Below, piece by piece: positions 1 to 14,565 of a stretch of DNA of 64,000 nucleotides (its first letter is position 1; each line of letters opens with the position of its first letter). The DNA is taken from the NCBI GenBank assembly GCA_023213395.1, contig CM041465.1, positions 229,779,741 to 229,843,740 on the forward strand. The letters run 5' to 3'. The notes under the pieces were generated by a model that was given only the letters and a program-made list of their open reading frames with translations, ran no database searches and had not been told where the DNA came from. This stretch comes from Cycas panzhihuaensis. Its lineage: Eukaryota > Plantae > Cycadophyta. The position numbers and the translations under genes are program-made.

Positions 1-1557
1 TTGTCAGGATTCTTCTAGTCTGCCACATTGGGTGGAGTACAAGAAGTTATGCTTACCCAACGTGACCCAGGTCTGCATGTAATCTGCTGCCTCTACAACT
101 TTAAAGTCACATACACTGCTTTTTTTTTTCCCGACAGATTTGCAAATACCACTGCATATACTCAGCATGACAAATCAATGAAAACCAAATTGCAGGGTAG
201 CGACACAGTTACACAGTCTACCATGGGTCACAACTACTTTGCCTTTGTTCTCTTCAACATTAAATCCTCTTATCACAAACACCAACCAAATCTATCTTAT
301 CCCCAACAATCGGCCTCAAACTGTATTCACACAGAATAGATTGAGCAAAACAATGTACCGAAAGATGGATTTCTGCCTTTGTCAATCTGTTCTCTGTAAA
401 CCCATGTGGTATGACCTACAATCTCAATGCCATTTACAGGCTATATAGCAGAAAAGGAATTTGGGCCAGAAGATGAAAGCCATGCCCAGAACTGACAGTG
501 GGGCAGCTAACACGTCGACAATGACAACCACAAATTGTGTAACCATGGTAAGCACGCAGATGCAGAGCTTAGTCTCATGGAGACAGACCTCACACGCAAG
601 ACGATTTCATGACAAGGCATGTAAATATAATTCTTTCATGCGAGTGGACAGATCACAGATAGAGATAATAGACTTCACAATGTGATAGTCACTACGTAGG
701 ATCCGATGAAGTAGGTCAAAAATTAGGTTGCACAACTGAACAGATCTGGTGTAACTATGAATCCATTGATGTAAAATAAGGTTTTCCTCCTTTTGTCACA
801 GCAGATTACTGTCATGTAATACTTATGACAGAATTTCCTAGAAACAATAATGCTGAATTTGGTGACTAACTCCCAATTCAACCAACTAATTTGTTAACAA
901 ACTCTAACAGGTTTCAGACCTTTGCAGAATTTCACAGTAGTGCTTTCTTTATGTCATCCGTGGTTTCAGTCATCAATCACAAGTTTCATAACCTTTGCCT
1001 TATAACTAGCTAAGGGAACATCATTACCCAATTCAAATTTCTGTCGTCCTGATACTTTGGCATGCCTTGCATTAAGGATGACCTGGAACTTTGCTTCTCC
1101 ACTTTAGATCTTCCATTTGTCAGCCATCCTAATGGAGTCACCTTCCGTCCTTATCTACACAACAAAGGCCTTGGCAAGCGACCTGCTCTGATACCATGTT
1201 CAAAATAACATGGAAAGCTTTCATCAATCAACACCCAACAATATCAATGGACAAGGACCACAATGAATTTACTTAACATCAACCGATTACATCAGAACAC
1301 CAACTATACTAGGGGCTCTATATGAGTCTCCATGATAACTTGTTTTTCATATACCACCACAACCACTTTTATATAGTAAGTGGGTGGGAGATCACACTAT
1401 AGATCTAATGCATGTGGGACTGTTATCTTTACTCTAACTAATGACATTACACTACTAATTTCACCAATAACGTTATAATGACAAATGACTCTTACCCTCT
1501 AATACTTGAGACTATTGACCCTAAGACTTACACAACATTAAATATTATATTCTAACA
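1..1557 (-). mobile_element. 5' part of a non-autonomous Ty1/Copia-derived LTR element (continues beyond left edge)
   Basis: LTR 1197-1557 (TG...CA, TATATAAAAG on minus strand), perfect tRNA-iMet PBS TGGTATCAGAGC at 1185-1196. A gag N-terminal stub (MAD..RSKVEK...QKFEL) lies at ~1030-1128, then no continuous TE ORF. Confidence 0.7.
1197..1557 (-). repeat. 5' LTR (361 bp)
   Basis: TGTTC...CTAACA termini, PBS directly adjacent. Confidence 0.8.
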
Positions 1558-2140
1558 GAATTCTCCTTTATACTTGTGTTCATGATAGGATGAGTTGAAG
1601 TACAATACTCATCCCTATTATCTTTTGCACTTGGGAAAGAGAAGTTCTAGCGTTTCAGAAGCGGCCTCAGCATTCAACTTAATGTTGTATCCATTCAAGG
1701 GGGGTGTTAGAGCCTTCATTTCCTAAGCATTAAGTCTTGACCATAGTTATTAGTATTTTTGTCACTTTAGGCCTTTATCCTAAAGTGTTCATTTGTTTGA
1801 TTATAAAACTGTCTTTTGTCTTGTAGTGGCTTTTCTCACATGTGCTTGTGAGAAGTCAACTTTGATGGGCTCTATCCTTATCCTTGAAGATAGAAGAGTC
1901 TTAATTAGATTTGTCTCTTAGTGTTGATTAGTGACATGTGGTGAGATCCTGATCGTCCATATTCCTTTATAAGGAGCCCTATTTTCATGTTTTGGCATGT
2001 AGTATTGGAGTTAAAGTTATGTTGGTGTAAGTGTCTCTTGTAGGTGAAGTGTTGAGATGAATTCTCCTTCATACTTGTGTTTATGATAGGTTGAGTTGAA
2101 GTGCAATACTCCTCCCTATTATCTTTTGTGTTGTACTACA
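1558..2140 (+). mobile_element. Internally deleted LTR element: 5'-LTR tail (1558-1628), short internal piece, PPT, 3' LTR (1705-2140)
   Basis: 1558-1628 is a direct repeat of 2059-2129; PPT AAGGGGGG precedes TGTTAG at 1705; LTR ends ...CTACA at 2140. Confidence 0.55.
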
Positions 2141-3247
2141 TCTTTTCATTAATCTAAAGTGTATAGTCCTTCATATTTTGATGTCCTATCTAGTTTCTCA
2201 ATAGATTCTGGTGCTTATATCTTCTCCGTTTCGTCTTTCATTCTTAACATTAGTTTCTGAGATCTACTTGGATTGATCATTATTACTAGCAGTAATGGAT
2301 CTTCTTGCATATATGCTTTCATATTTTGATCATAATATGGTACATAATCCTCTAGAGATAAGGCTAGGTTTTTGTTGCATTCGGCTATAGGTATTTCATC
2401 CATATTTACCTATTCTTTGAATTTATCAATATTATCTTCAAAAATTGTCTTTATAATATCATCATTGACCTTCCCCATATTAGGAATTGAGTCTTCAACT
2501 AGAGGTATGCCATCCATGGTTCCTTGTTTGTCTACTAACATTTCTTCAAGATTGGATATCTTGTCAATGTGTTTTCCTAGATCCTTGTTATATGAAGTAC
2601 CTTCAACTCCTAGTTTATTGGTAGCTAGTACCTTTAAATAAATTTTGCAAGAATAAGGCTGATCTTGGTGCGTATTTGATCTACTTTGTTGAGTAAAGAT
2701 TCATACAAAGTCCATATTGGGATAAATTTTAAGTTGAGTGTGTCAAACTCCATTTCCATGGTGCTAATTCCAATTTCTTTCAATGATTTCCATGCCCAAC
2801 ATTAGCTCAATAATTGAATAGTGTTATCGATCAAACTAGTGGCCACAATGCCCTTATATAAGAGTATTATAGCAAATGGAAATTAACTCCAGAAGCTAGG
2901 GTTGCAAGCAATTTTTGTATATCGAGTTCTAAAGAGTTTTGCCAAGAGGGGGTGTTTGGAGTGAGTGCTTGTGTGCCCCGACTTGTTCTTATGGCGATAG
3001 GAGAGGTGGATCTAAACCTATAGGGCAGATTCTCTGGAGGGCAGGTTGCAACATCAGATGGGTTCTTTTGACGTTGGGCCTTCAACTCTGAAGAATCTTC
3101 AAATTTTTAAATTTGAAGATAGGGTTTTCCATAACCTTTCCATTTTAATTCTTAGATCTCATCTTGCAACTTAAGAAGTAATTGATCTTGGCCCCCTAAC
3201 TGAGCATCAATTTGCTTCTCAAACTCCAACACTAATTCTTGGGCATT

Positions 3248-3610
3248 CTAAAATAATTTCATAGGATGGGTTATCATGGCAACACGTAATTTTGAATTCA
3301 ATCCATTCAAAAAGTAGTTCCACATGTTATAATCAACCACCTTTTCTCCTTCGGTCATATTTGTTGTTAGAATATTCATTTGATTGATGTAAGTTAACAT
3401 TGACTCCCCTAGCCTTTGTTGAATTTTTGTTAACGACAATTCCACAGCTTCATTACTTCTAAAATTTTGAAATCTTTCCTCAAATTCTTTCCTTATAGTC
3501 TCCCATGTTTTGTTAACAAAATCTAGTTGCTTGTACCATGCCAATGGTACTCCTCGCAATGTACAAGCAAAGTGCCCCTTGATTTCTTCCTCATTTGTTA
3601 TCTTCTTCAC
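3248..3610 (-). pseudogene. gag: Gypsy-A gag capsid fragment
   Basis: EIKGHFACTLRGVPLAWY...TWETIRKEFEERF...KIQQRLGESM...FLNGL is the Retrotransposon-gag pattern. Confidence 0.85.
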
Positions 3611-3907
3611 GTTTATTTTGTTTTAAAATAAATATATGTGTTCTCCAACATCTATTGCATCATCAAAGATTAGCTTCCCAAATTACTTAGAGTCTGCCAT
3701 TTTTACAAAATTGGGTACAAATCCTCTTGCAAGTTTAGTTACTCTCCCTCCTAGAGGTATCATTCCTTCTACAACTACACTAGGCAGTTTTTCTGTAACA
3801 CCATCTCCCCTAATGTTGTCATTGCCAAATAACAGATTCTAAATTGGCGCCTTAATTGTATGGATTTTTTACACCACAGTACTTATACTACCAGTGGTGT
3901 TACAATC

Positions 3908-6900
3908 TGTTGAGAATTGAATTGAAGAAAATGAATGATCTTCATTGATTCATGAGAGAGGAATGGTCTCACTTATATACAACTGATTTCCGTAACAAAT
4001 CCAGTACATGAGTGACAAGTGTTGCTTTAAGAAAGAAGAGGGACAATGATACATAACTCTCAATTTATATAAAGGTCACCATGGTACAAGACTTAGAATA
4101 AAACATTAATATTCTAAAACCCTCCCTTAACGTATTATCCTTTATTTTTCATCCCAAGCAGATCTTTGAAATACTAAAATTTTTCTCTTGATATTGGTTT
4201 TGTGAAGATATCTGCAACTTATTGATTACTATTGCAGTCTTGTAAGTCTATCTCTTTATTCTAGACCTTTTCTTTGATGAAGTGATGATGAACTTCTATG
4301 TGTTTGGTCCTTGCATGGAAGACAACATTTTTGGTGAGTTTGATAACACTTTGGTTATCACAATAGATTGTAGTTGTTTTCTAATTTTTTTGATTTAGAT
4401 CCTTCAAGAGTTGTCTTAACCAAATTGCTTCATAGGTTGCACTTACTACAACTTTATACTGTACGTTTGTTGAGGACAGAGCTACTGTTGGTTGTTTTTT
4501 ACTACTCCATGATGTTACATTTATTCCAAGATTGAAGCAATAGACTAATGTGGATTTTCTTTCCTGAGGTTCTTTTGCCTAGTCAAAGTCAACGAATCCA
4601 ATTAAGCCTGGTTTGTCTGCTTTGGCATATTGTAGTCCAAGATCTAATGTGCCTTTGATGTATCTTCAGATTCATTTTGCAACATTCTAGTGAAGTCTTT
4701 GGATTGTGCATCAACCTAGAAATGACTCCAACAGAAAAAGATATGTCTAGCCCGGTGGCTGTCAAGTAAATGAGACTTCCAACAAGTTGTCTGAAGAGAG
4801 TTTCATTTACTTTCTGATGGTTGCCTTCATCAGTAATCAGAACACAACCTGTTTCCATGGGTGTAGCACATGGATTACATTCTTCCATATTGAATTTTTT
4901 GAAAAGATTCTTCGCATACTTGGATTGTGAGATAAAGATACCATTTTTTGCTTGCTTAATTTCTATGCCAAGATAATAATGGAATGTAGCCATGTCAGTC
5001 ATTTCAAAATTGCTTTCCATCTATGTTCTTACCCAACTAATGCTTTCTTGATCATTGCCTATAACAATTAAATTATCTATATATACCACAATTATGGTAA
5101 TCAAATTTTTTTGTTTTCTAATATAAAAACTTGGATCAACTTCACATCCACTAAAGCCTTTCTTTTGAAGATGATGATCCAACTTTGCATACCAAACTCA
5201 AGGTGCTTGTTTTAAGCCATACAGGGCCTTTTTTAATCTACAGATCAGATATTCTCCTCCTTTCTTTATGTACCCTAATGGTTGTTCCATATAGACTTAT
5301 TCACTAAGGTCACCATTTAAGAAGGCACTTTTTACATCTAGTTGCACAATTTCCCATCCATATTGAGCTGTCAAAGCTAAAGCTGTACAAGTAGTTATTA
5401 ACTTTGCCACAGGAGAAAACGTTTCTTCATAGTCAATGTTTACAGTTTGAGTATATCATTTTGCCACAAGCCAGGCTTTATACTTTTCAATAATTTCATC
5501 TGACTTTTCTTTTATCTTGTACACCCATTTGCAACCTACAATAGGTTTCCCTTCAGGTGGAGGAACTAATTCCCAGGTATTGTTTTGATTTATGGAGTCC
5601 ATTTCTTTGTCCATGGCTTCTTGCCATTTTGCTTTCTGATAAGCTTCTTCAAAATTCTGAGGCTCGACTAAACAAGCCGATACTTGATGTTTTTAAGACC
5701 TAGTTGTGTGCTCAAATACATCTCCTTTTGATTCCTCTACAGATTTTAGATACCATTTAAGTAATCTTCTTTCTGAGATATTCTCCTGTCTTTCTATTTT
5801 AGATAATGTTTCTGATTCTTCTTGAGATTCTATGTCTTTTTTATCCTAAGGAGTTGACACTTCCTCAGTTGTACTGTCATTACTGGTAGATTTTACATTT
5901 TCTTTCAATATTATAACTTTTTAAGAATAAATAGTATCTTTGCTGATTGAAATACTTTCATCAAAGGTTACATCTCTACTTAGATTTTTTTTATTTTTAC
6001 AACAATGTAGCAATAATCTTTTGACTTGGTACTATACCCAACCATAATGCATTCAATGCTATTGTCATCTAATTTTGCTCTTTTTCGAGTTGAAATATGC
6101 ACATAACGAATGCTTCCAAAAGTTCTTAGATGACTTATATCTGGTTTCTTGCCTGTCCATGCTTCTTCTAGAGTAATTTTGTCAAGCACTTTTGTGGGGC
6201 TTTTGTTTATCAGATAAATATAAATATTAACTGCTTCAACCCTATATATATTTGAGGCATACTTTTCTTTTATCATGCATCACATCATCTCTATTACAGT
6301 CATATTTAGTCCTTCAGCTAGCCCATTTGATTGTAGAGTATATGGAGTAGTGATTTGTCTACAAATGCCATGCATTTTACAAAAAATTGAAAATTCATTT
6401 GAAACATATTCTCCATCTCCATCTGTTCTAAGTGTTTTGATCTTGTGTCTGCTTTCTAGCTCTACTTGAGCTTTAAATCTTTTGAAGCAATCAAGAGCTT
6501 CTAATTTACTAAAAAAATACCTAAGTTTTTCTAGCAAAATCATCTATGAATGTGAGAAAATCCCTGGCACCATTAACAAAGTTTGGTGTGATTGGTCCAC
6601 ATATATCACTATGAACCAATTTTAATTTTTCTTTCGTTCTCCACTTACTTTCTTGAAATGACATTTTATGTTGGTTGCCTAGTATGCACCTTTTGTAAAC
6701 AAAGGAGTTTATTGTAAAGTTAGTAGGCAATCCATCAACCATAACAAGACTTTTGAGCATTTTTAACCTATCATCTACAATATGCCCATTACAAGAGTGC
6801 TAGATTTCATTATTATTGTTCTGAACAGCAAAAGTTTTTACAGAAAAAAACAACAAGAGTAGAAACTAATTTACAAAGGTTATCAATTTCTATCCCTTCA

Positions 6901-9082
6901 ACAATGATCTCACCCCCTTTTTTCATACCACGAACATAACACTTTCCATCTTCATAGAATATTACTTGAAGTTTCTTCTTTCTTAATTATGATACAGAAA
7001 GAAGATTTTCTTCAAACCTAGAATGAACAGAACATTGCCAATGTTCTTGACGTCTTGCTTGATTTTAATTACTATGGTTCCTTTACCTTTAATCTTCAGA
7101 GAATAGTTATCACCAAGTTCATCAGTTTTGTTTGTTGAGTATGGGAGTAGAGTTTTGAACCAGTCTTCTCTCCCAGTCATGTGATTTGAGGCTCCAGTGT
7201 CAATGAACCAATCTTTGTTATAACGAACACATGAGACTAAGGCAACAACAAAGGTGGTTTCTTCTTCGTCTTCATCCTTGGGATGTTCATTACTATAAAT
7301 TCCCTCAACACACATTCCTTTTGAAATTTCAACACTTTTATAAAAACAATTGCTTGGGAGGTGCCCATACCTACCACAATAATAACAAGAACGGCTTTCT
7401 ACTATTCTACACTTTGTAGCAATATGATTTGTTCTTCCATAATGATACTAAGGTGTCTGTTGACCTTCCTCTACCTAGATTTGCCCTTCCTTTGATGAAT
7501 CTTCCTCTGCCAGTTCTTACGTTTGTTGATATTCCTCTTGTCCCCCTTCCTCATTTGCCAATTTTGAGTCTTGAAAGAAAGGCTTCTTCAACTTTTATTT
7601 CCTCCTCATATCTTCAGATCCGTTGCTCTTGTTGAAGAAGGTGTCTACATAGGATATCAAATGACATGTTACTGGCTTGTCCCCCAACAACAAGCATATT
7701 TACCAGATTGTTAAATGATTTTGGTAAGTGAACAATTTTAGTATCTGATATTGATTCACCTACAAAGGCAAGCTTATCTTTGATTTCTACCAATTTTGTG
7801 ATGAAATCTACAACTTGTTCACCCTCCCGTAAGTGAAGTCAACATAGTTGTTCTCTTAGAATAATGATACAAGCCTCATTTTTCTAACTGTACAGTGATG
7901 AAAGGGCTTTCCAAGCTTCAATTGAGGAGGTGGCTTCACTAATATGAGTCAAGACAGAATCACTTATAGACAGAGTAATTATGGCTAATGCTTGCCTATC
8001 TCTTTCCTCCCAATTAGCCATTTTAACAATATCTCCAATGGCGACTTTCTTTTCCTTTTCAATAATAATATCCCATGCATCTTTTCCAACCAAATGCCTA
8101 TTCATTTTAATTTTCCAAGTAGCATAATTTTGACCTGTTAGCTTATCTAACTCACCCAAAGAGTAAATTGAAGCCATTTTGCAATAAACTAGAAGAAAAA
8201 AATGTTGACTGCGATTTTTGGTGTCTGTGACAAGCCAAGTTTGTACAAATGTACAGAAAAGTAGATGTGTACAGAAGCCATGGAAAAAAACCCCAAAAGA
8301 TAGATCTTGACTTCATCTACAGAGATCTAAAGTTAGATTTTGAAAAAAAATCCTAGATTAAGAGAAAAAAGGCTTGAAAAGTAGAGGGGCTACTAGGGTT
8401 TAATTCACTCTTTTGCTCATAACTTAAAAAATTTCCAGTGAAATCTTGCAAACTTGCACTTGATAGAAAGTTTGCAATCTGAGAAGATTTTAAGACCACT
8501 TATTGTCTCTAAAATGAAGAAAAATGGAAGAAATCTACTAGAGAAAGTTCAAACATGCGCCTAGGGTTTTTTGCAATTTCCTATTTATTGAGGCAGAATT
8601 TGTGAATGCTGTTTTAGGACAATAAACTCTACTCCTTGAGACGTCTCTGTTGGTAAAATTTCATACGATTCTGAGGACTTTGATTTTTTGACTATATAGG
8701 CCCATACAATTCCGTACAATTATGTACAACTTCATCCTTTCTTCAGATTGTGTTATCTCTCTCCTTTAGATCTTTATCACCTTGCTTCTTGCTTATTTTC
8801 TTAAGCAAATAGTATTTGACACCTCAATTTGGCCTCTCTCTAACTTTCTGTTAGACCTACTCTAATACCATGTCGAGAACTAAATTGAAGAAAATGAATG
8901 ATCTTCATTGATTCATGAGAGAGGAATGGTCTCTCTTATATACAATTGATTTGCATAACAAATCCAGTACATGAGTGACAAGTATTGCTTTAAGACAGAA
9001 GAGGGACAGCGACACATAACCCTCAATTTACATAAAGGTCACTATGGTACAAGACTTGGGATAAAACATTAATATTCTAACA
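3908..9082 (-). mobile_element. Copia-1, full-length degenerate Ty1/Copia retrotransposon
   Basis: 212-bp LTRs 3908-4119 and 8871-9082 (~18 differences); 5-bp TSD CAATC (3903-3907, 9083-9087); degenerate Met PBS at 8860-8870; PPT at 4120-4128; gag-PR-IN-RT-RH order. Confidence 0.95.
4150..8177 (-). pseudogene. gag-pol: Copia-1 gag-pol polyprotein, many stops and frameshifts
   Basis: KLTGQNYATWKIKM (gag), WFIDTGASNHMTG (protease), LVHSDICGP and LRTDGDGEY (integrase), FEMTDM...YYLGIEI (RT), FHARTKHIEVHHHFI (RNase H). Confidence 0.93.
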
Positions 9083-12000
9083 CAATCACGCACGATTGGT
9101 TGGATTGTCTACTTGGTGTACCAGATAACCTTCTTGTGAATTTATTTTTCCAATATGTGAAGGGATCTTGCTTTGCCTTTTCCTCGTTGTCAGTTATGCT
9201 CTTCAAATATCCACTTGATTCTCCTACCTTGTCTAGGGTTTCTTCCTCTAAATTTTCTCTTTAGATGTTTCTTCCTTTAAAGTATCTTCTTCTTCCTCTT
9301 TTAATGTTTCTTTCTTTATATAAATCTCCACTTGATCTTCTAAATTTTCTTCATTCTTTTCCACATTCCCTTTCTCTTTCTCTAATAATTTCGGCGCTAA
9401 GGATGCAACTTTCGACTAAGCAGGTCAAATTCTCTTGGCCCCCTACATTCCCCATTCTGCTCTATGGGTGTTTGTGGTCCACTTGCCTCAAACTCCTTGA
9501 CATACCTCCCCTTGATCTTGTCTTTCCTTATAGAATTTGCTCTCTTACTCCTTCATATCTTTTGTTCATTAGCCCATCTTATTGCCCTTTGCCTACTAGA
9601 CTCTAGAATTCCCTTGAGCAAAGGTTGTTTGGGTGACTTACCTGCCTTTGAAGGGCTTTTTGGTGGCATTAGAAGACCCCTTGGTTGTTGAAGGCTTAGT
9701 TAGTGCTTGTCATCACAATGACAACCAAGGTTCCCAAGTCTTTGGACATGAGTATAGAAGAAGACTCCAATTCAATCCCTCCTCAACAAATGTAGGCAAC
9801 AGAACCAATGTTGACTTGTTCTTTGTCCCCTTGAAGCCCACTTGTCGAAAGAACCCCCTGTCGTATAGTCTACTTGGGGATAATCAACATGTTGGCCACA
9901 TAATCACTATGCCCATCATAATATGCTCCATAAAAACCATAAATATCATCACAACAATATCATATCATTACAGTATCATCATCACATTCCAACAACAATG
10001 CATCCACACATAAGACATAGTTTCCATGTAACTCTTGATTTCGTTAGCAAAATATCACTATATAATGGCGTTTACATCACTGAAGAATGACCACATATGT
10101 TTATAACACCAAGAAAGATGACACTAGATCAAAGAACTTGACTCTCACCCTTGAAAATGTGTCATAGAATTGACTCACTCACTTGGCTCTCACACTAGAG
10201 AGAATGATTTATGATTAAATGACTAGGCTCTCACATCCAAAATGGTGAGAAAATGACCAAAATATGCCAATTTACGTGCCTTTTGGGGAATGGTTGTGAC
10301 TTATGGTCACAACCATTCCTTTTCCCAACATAGTACCTTTTCATCATAATTACACCTAATCATTAATCAATTATTAACATAATAGCCATGCAACAGTACA
10401 AAAACACTTGGAAAGCTGACATCATCTGATTTGGGATGTATCACTTGAATCTAGGTACATTTTGTCATGCATTCCTACATGCATTCTCGTACCCGTTCCC
10501 ATTTATAATGCATACTATCATGCATTCCCTTAGAGCATTTCTTTGCTACTTTATTGGATTTTCTCATACTTTTGACTGTACTTGGCATATGTTGGGTATT
10601 CTCATGTATGAATCTCAACTTGCCGAACATTAATTAGCATGTTTTCTACTATTCCAAGCATGTACCATCACAATTTGACCCGAACACTACGCCCTTTATG
10701 GTTTTAGCGTTTTTCTTCTTGTCTTAAACATGGGTTAGTTGCTACAATCTCCTCACTACAATATGCCCTTCATGGGTTGTACATCCTCAACATACTTCAT
10801 TGTCTCTCGTTGGAGTTATCTTCTGTCAAACCCTTATGGATTTGCTCACAATGTCTTCATTTTGGCAATGAATCCCTTAGAATAGAACATTCATAACCCC
10901 CCCAAGTGAATTAAAATATCCACAAAACTTCTTTCCTCATCAACAAGCCTACACAAGCATGGATTGTCTTCTGATAGCAAAGATCATCACCACATGCATG
11001 TGCCTTCACCATGAATCTACGATCTCTTCTTCATTCCTCTTATATAGCAATGGATTGGTAGATATTTGTTGCTTTCTTCTCACTTTTGCAAGGTGTATAG
11101 GCCTACAACAACAAACTCTTCACATGCTATCAACTCTTAAACTTATGGATGATTGTCACAAAACTTTCATGCTCAATATAAGAGCTCCACATGCATAAGA
11201 ATGTCCACAAAAAAAGCAAATTCAAAACAATCTCACCATCATTTTTTTTTAAGAGTCCAATCTTCACATTCATGCATGAGCTCTACAAAATGTCAACATG
11301 CCTCACATTTCCTAGTCACAATAAATATAAAACTGATTCTTGTCTTCAATGAGCTCCCCCCGACTCTTGATATTAAAATTTTGAGTTTAATATCATTGGG
11401 ACACAATATCAAACACCTTATTCCAAAAACAAGCACATCAATATGGAAGCATTTACCATCAAGTCTAATATATCACATGATGAAAAATAGTGCATTCAAT
11501 CACTAGTAATGAATAATAAAATATGAATTAGGCATCCAATATTGAGACACACAATTTATAGTGGTAAAACCCCAAGATAAGGAAACATCCACTTTGAACA
11601 TATGAGATCTCATTAATAAAAGATAATGTATAATGAAGCACATGATGGGACCACACTAGTTTCCACTGTAGAAGAACCAAGTGTCTCCATAACTATTCAT
11701 GAATATGCTTTGACCTTTTAGGAGTGGGTCACTATATTAAGGGCCAATGATGTTACACCTAGCTTCCACCAATGAGATCATGTATGAGAACTTATGAGTC
11801 TTTCAACGACTTAGATGAACATTTACACAATATTTAATGATGTTCACATATTCACAAACTTGAGAGAATAATCATGGATTGACCATAGATGAAACATTAT
11901 TCTCTAACACACCCCTTTAATATTTAATCTTGTTTTTCTTGTCATATCACCAAACTTTGACTTCATTTCTAAACTACTTTATGTGTGCTTCCTTTCGTGC

Positions 12001-13243
12001 TTGTTCCTCTTCTCCAACTTCTAAGAAGAAACTTGTCTTCACCTTGCTTGGACTCGCAACATTAAGTTTATGTCCTTACAAAGTGATAAATCTGTCTTGA
12101 GTATCCACATGTAATTATCTGCAACCCAACTACAATAACAAAGAACAAGTATCCAACAACCAACAGTTGCTAACCTTGGGTTAACTGTTGTAATTCCTAC
12201 TACCATCCTTAAAGGATATTCAGAACATGAACTTAATGCACGATTTCAATTGATGAAACTTCAAATGCAAAGATCAAATGAAACACATAAATAATTATCA
12301 TAAATGCAAAATGCATTCTTTCATCAATGTGAAATTTCTCACATTCATCCTTTGTCTTCAAATGCTGTTGAAAAGTCTTCAAGTCATTGATTGTCTTCAT
12401 TTTTCATGTAAGCAAACACCACCACCTAAAATTGCAAAAGTACCTACAGCATTGCTCTACTTCATGTGAGAAATGATCACCAGAAAAATTTGTGGAATAC
12501 TTGCCTGCTATACTGTGTCTCTCTCTAATTTATCCTTGGCATATTGCTTCAGTTCTTTGGCAAAAGTATATATAATAGCTACACTCCTTCACCTTTCATG
12601 TGTCGAGGTTTATTAATATCTTTCGGACACAAGATACCACACAGATAATATCCTTATAGTTTGTAATCCATCACTGAGATGCATGGATAACTAATTGGTG
12701 TACTCCTTGCCTAGTAGGATATATTCCAGATATGAGGCTTAATACTTGTGTCCCTCTTATCTAGAACTTGTTTTGCTTCTCTCAACCTTATGATCCAATA
12801 CTAACAAATTGAAACCAATAATGTCATTACTAGGTCTGTATACAATTACATTTCACGTTACATGTTTTCCAAACAAAAGATGTCAAATTTCATGGCCTTC
12901 TAGTGGTTATAATGAAACTACAATGCATCATAACTGTGTATTGTCAACAACCAACATTTGGTATAATGCATATGCTGCAATACATCATATCTACTTTGCT
13001 ACACTGACAACATAACATCTTCATCTTTTTCACACCAAAGAACATTTGCAAAACTTTTGCAATTCAATGATTTTATCAAGAGTTTTCCCATCTTTTAGAA
13101 TTGATTAGCATTTTATCAAGGTAATCATCATACAACAAGGTGGTCAACTTCTATTTGACTTTATGTTAACCAAAAAACTTCATCAAAGGCTTCTTTCCTT
13201 TTGCTAATAAACGTCATCAAGATTCTAACAAATAAAGGATAAA

Positions 13244-13264
13244 CTCTCTCTCTCTCTCTCTCTC
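13244..13264. repeat. (CT)10 microsatellite
   Basis: direct reading. Confidence 0.95.
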
Positions 13265-14565
13265 ACATCATTAAATTAGGTTTTCATGAGCATGAAAATG
13301 CTTGAAAATAAAACAAATTACTTTTTCACTTTTTTTTTAAAGCTAAAGGCATCACTAATTGTTAAAATGTGTCTAGGAACCATCAAACAATCATATCAAA
13401 TGAAAATCTACTTGAAATTTTTCAAAAAAATGAACTCATAAAAGTGTCACTTTCCACTAGAGTCAATTTCAATGATTAAAATTTGTATCCAACCTTTACC
13501 AAATAGGTTTGTGTGACCATCCATGTTGAAGTCGTTGGAGTCTACTTTCTCATGCAACACACAGTTCTAAAATCTAACTTCTTATGTGAAAGCTATGATG
13601 AAAATACCACCAGTATGTCTTGAGAAAAACAACTTTAGATTGAAAACTTGGTTTAGCCCCTTTTGTTTTGGGAGTTGGTCACCTACTTTCTTCTCATATG
13701 ACCATGTTTGGGCATTTGAGAGTTGAAGGGTAAATCTCAAAATTTTATTCAATTTAATTTAATTAAACTCTAATTTTATAAAACAAATAATATATCAAAA
13801 AAAAACATATATATTCACTATAGGGTTTCGGCAACTATGAGTGATTTGGTGAGCAAAATTTAAAGGAGAAACCCAGATTTGAGCATAGGCCACCTAATTA
13901 GTGGCTTGCAAAGTGACATGGGGCCCATACAATTTTCAAGGGGGTGCCAAACTTAGAGGAAAGTACACCCACACTTAGTAAAAATAGCCCAAAGCCAAGT
14001 AGAGACACCTGATGTCAATGCCAATCACACAAAACGTTGAAACAGGTAGAGAGCAAATCCCAACGCACTCAAAACATAGGAGGGACACCCAACAGTGCCA
14101 TTCACAATAGAACTAGCTTACTTACAAAAATGCCAAGCAAACAAATGTTGGAGTGCCATTTATAGGGCAGTAACTTCATTTCATCTCAGCCTTTTGCATT
14201 TAGTGATATGCCCTACCCTGGGCGTCTATCTTTTCACAAGATGCCTTCTCCTTATTTACTCAAAATGATCTACCCCTTTCTAGGGTTTGGTCATCGACTC
14301 TAACATCGGGCTTCACTCTAAAATGCCCTAATGTTCATATTCTTTGTCCACCCCTATGTGGACTTCAAATCAATACAACAAGCCACCACTTCAATTGAAA
14401 CACCCTCTCAAATCTACTATAGTTCTTCACAACATTGGGATGCAATTGCTTTCACCTCTTTTTTCCACATTGGGCATTTATTATGCCCTTTAATATCATA
14501 TCTTCTGCCACTTCTTTTTACACTTTTCTCAATGTTGCTCTCCAAGAATAGATGAGAGCCACCAT

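Larger units (their letters stand above)
2141..10686 (-). mobile_element. Truncated Ty3/Gypsy element (Gypsy-A), interrupted by Copia-1
   Basis: Retrotransposon-gag ORF 3248-3610; PBS TGGTTCTGTTGCC (tRNA-Glu-like, 9795-9807) next to a probable 5' LTR 9809-10686 (TGTTGAC...CCGAACA). Right boundary inferred from termini only. Confidence 0.65.

Noticed and set aside
12000-14500. Possible DNA-transposon (MULE-like) relic within the tandem LTR complex
   Set aside because: No TIR, TSD or recognisable transposase motif could be established
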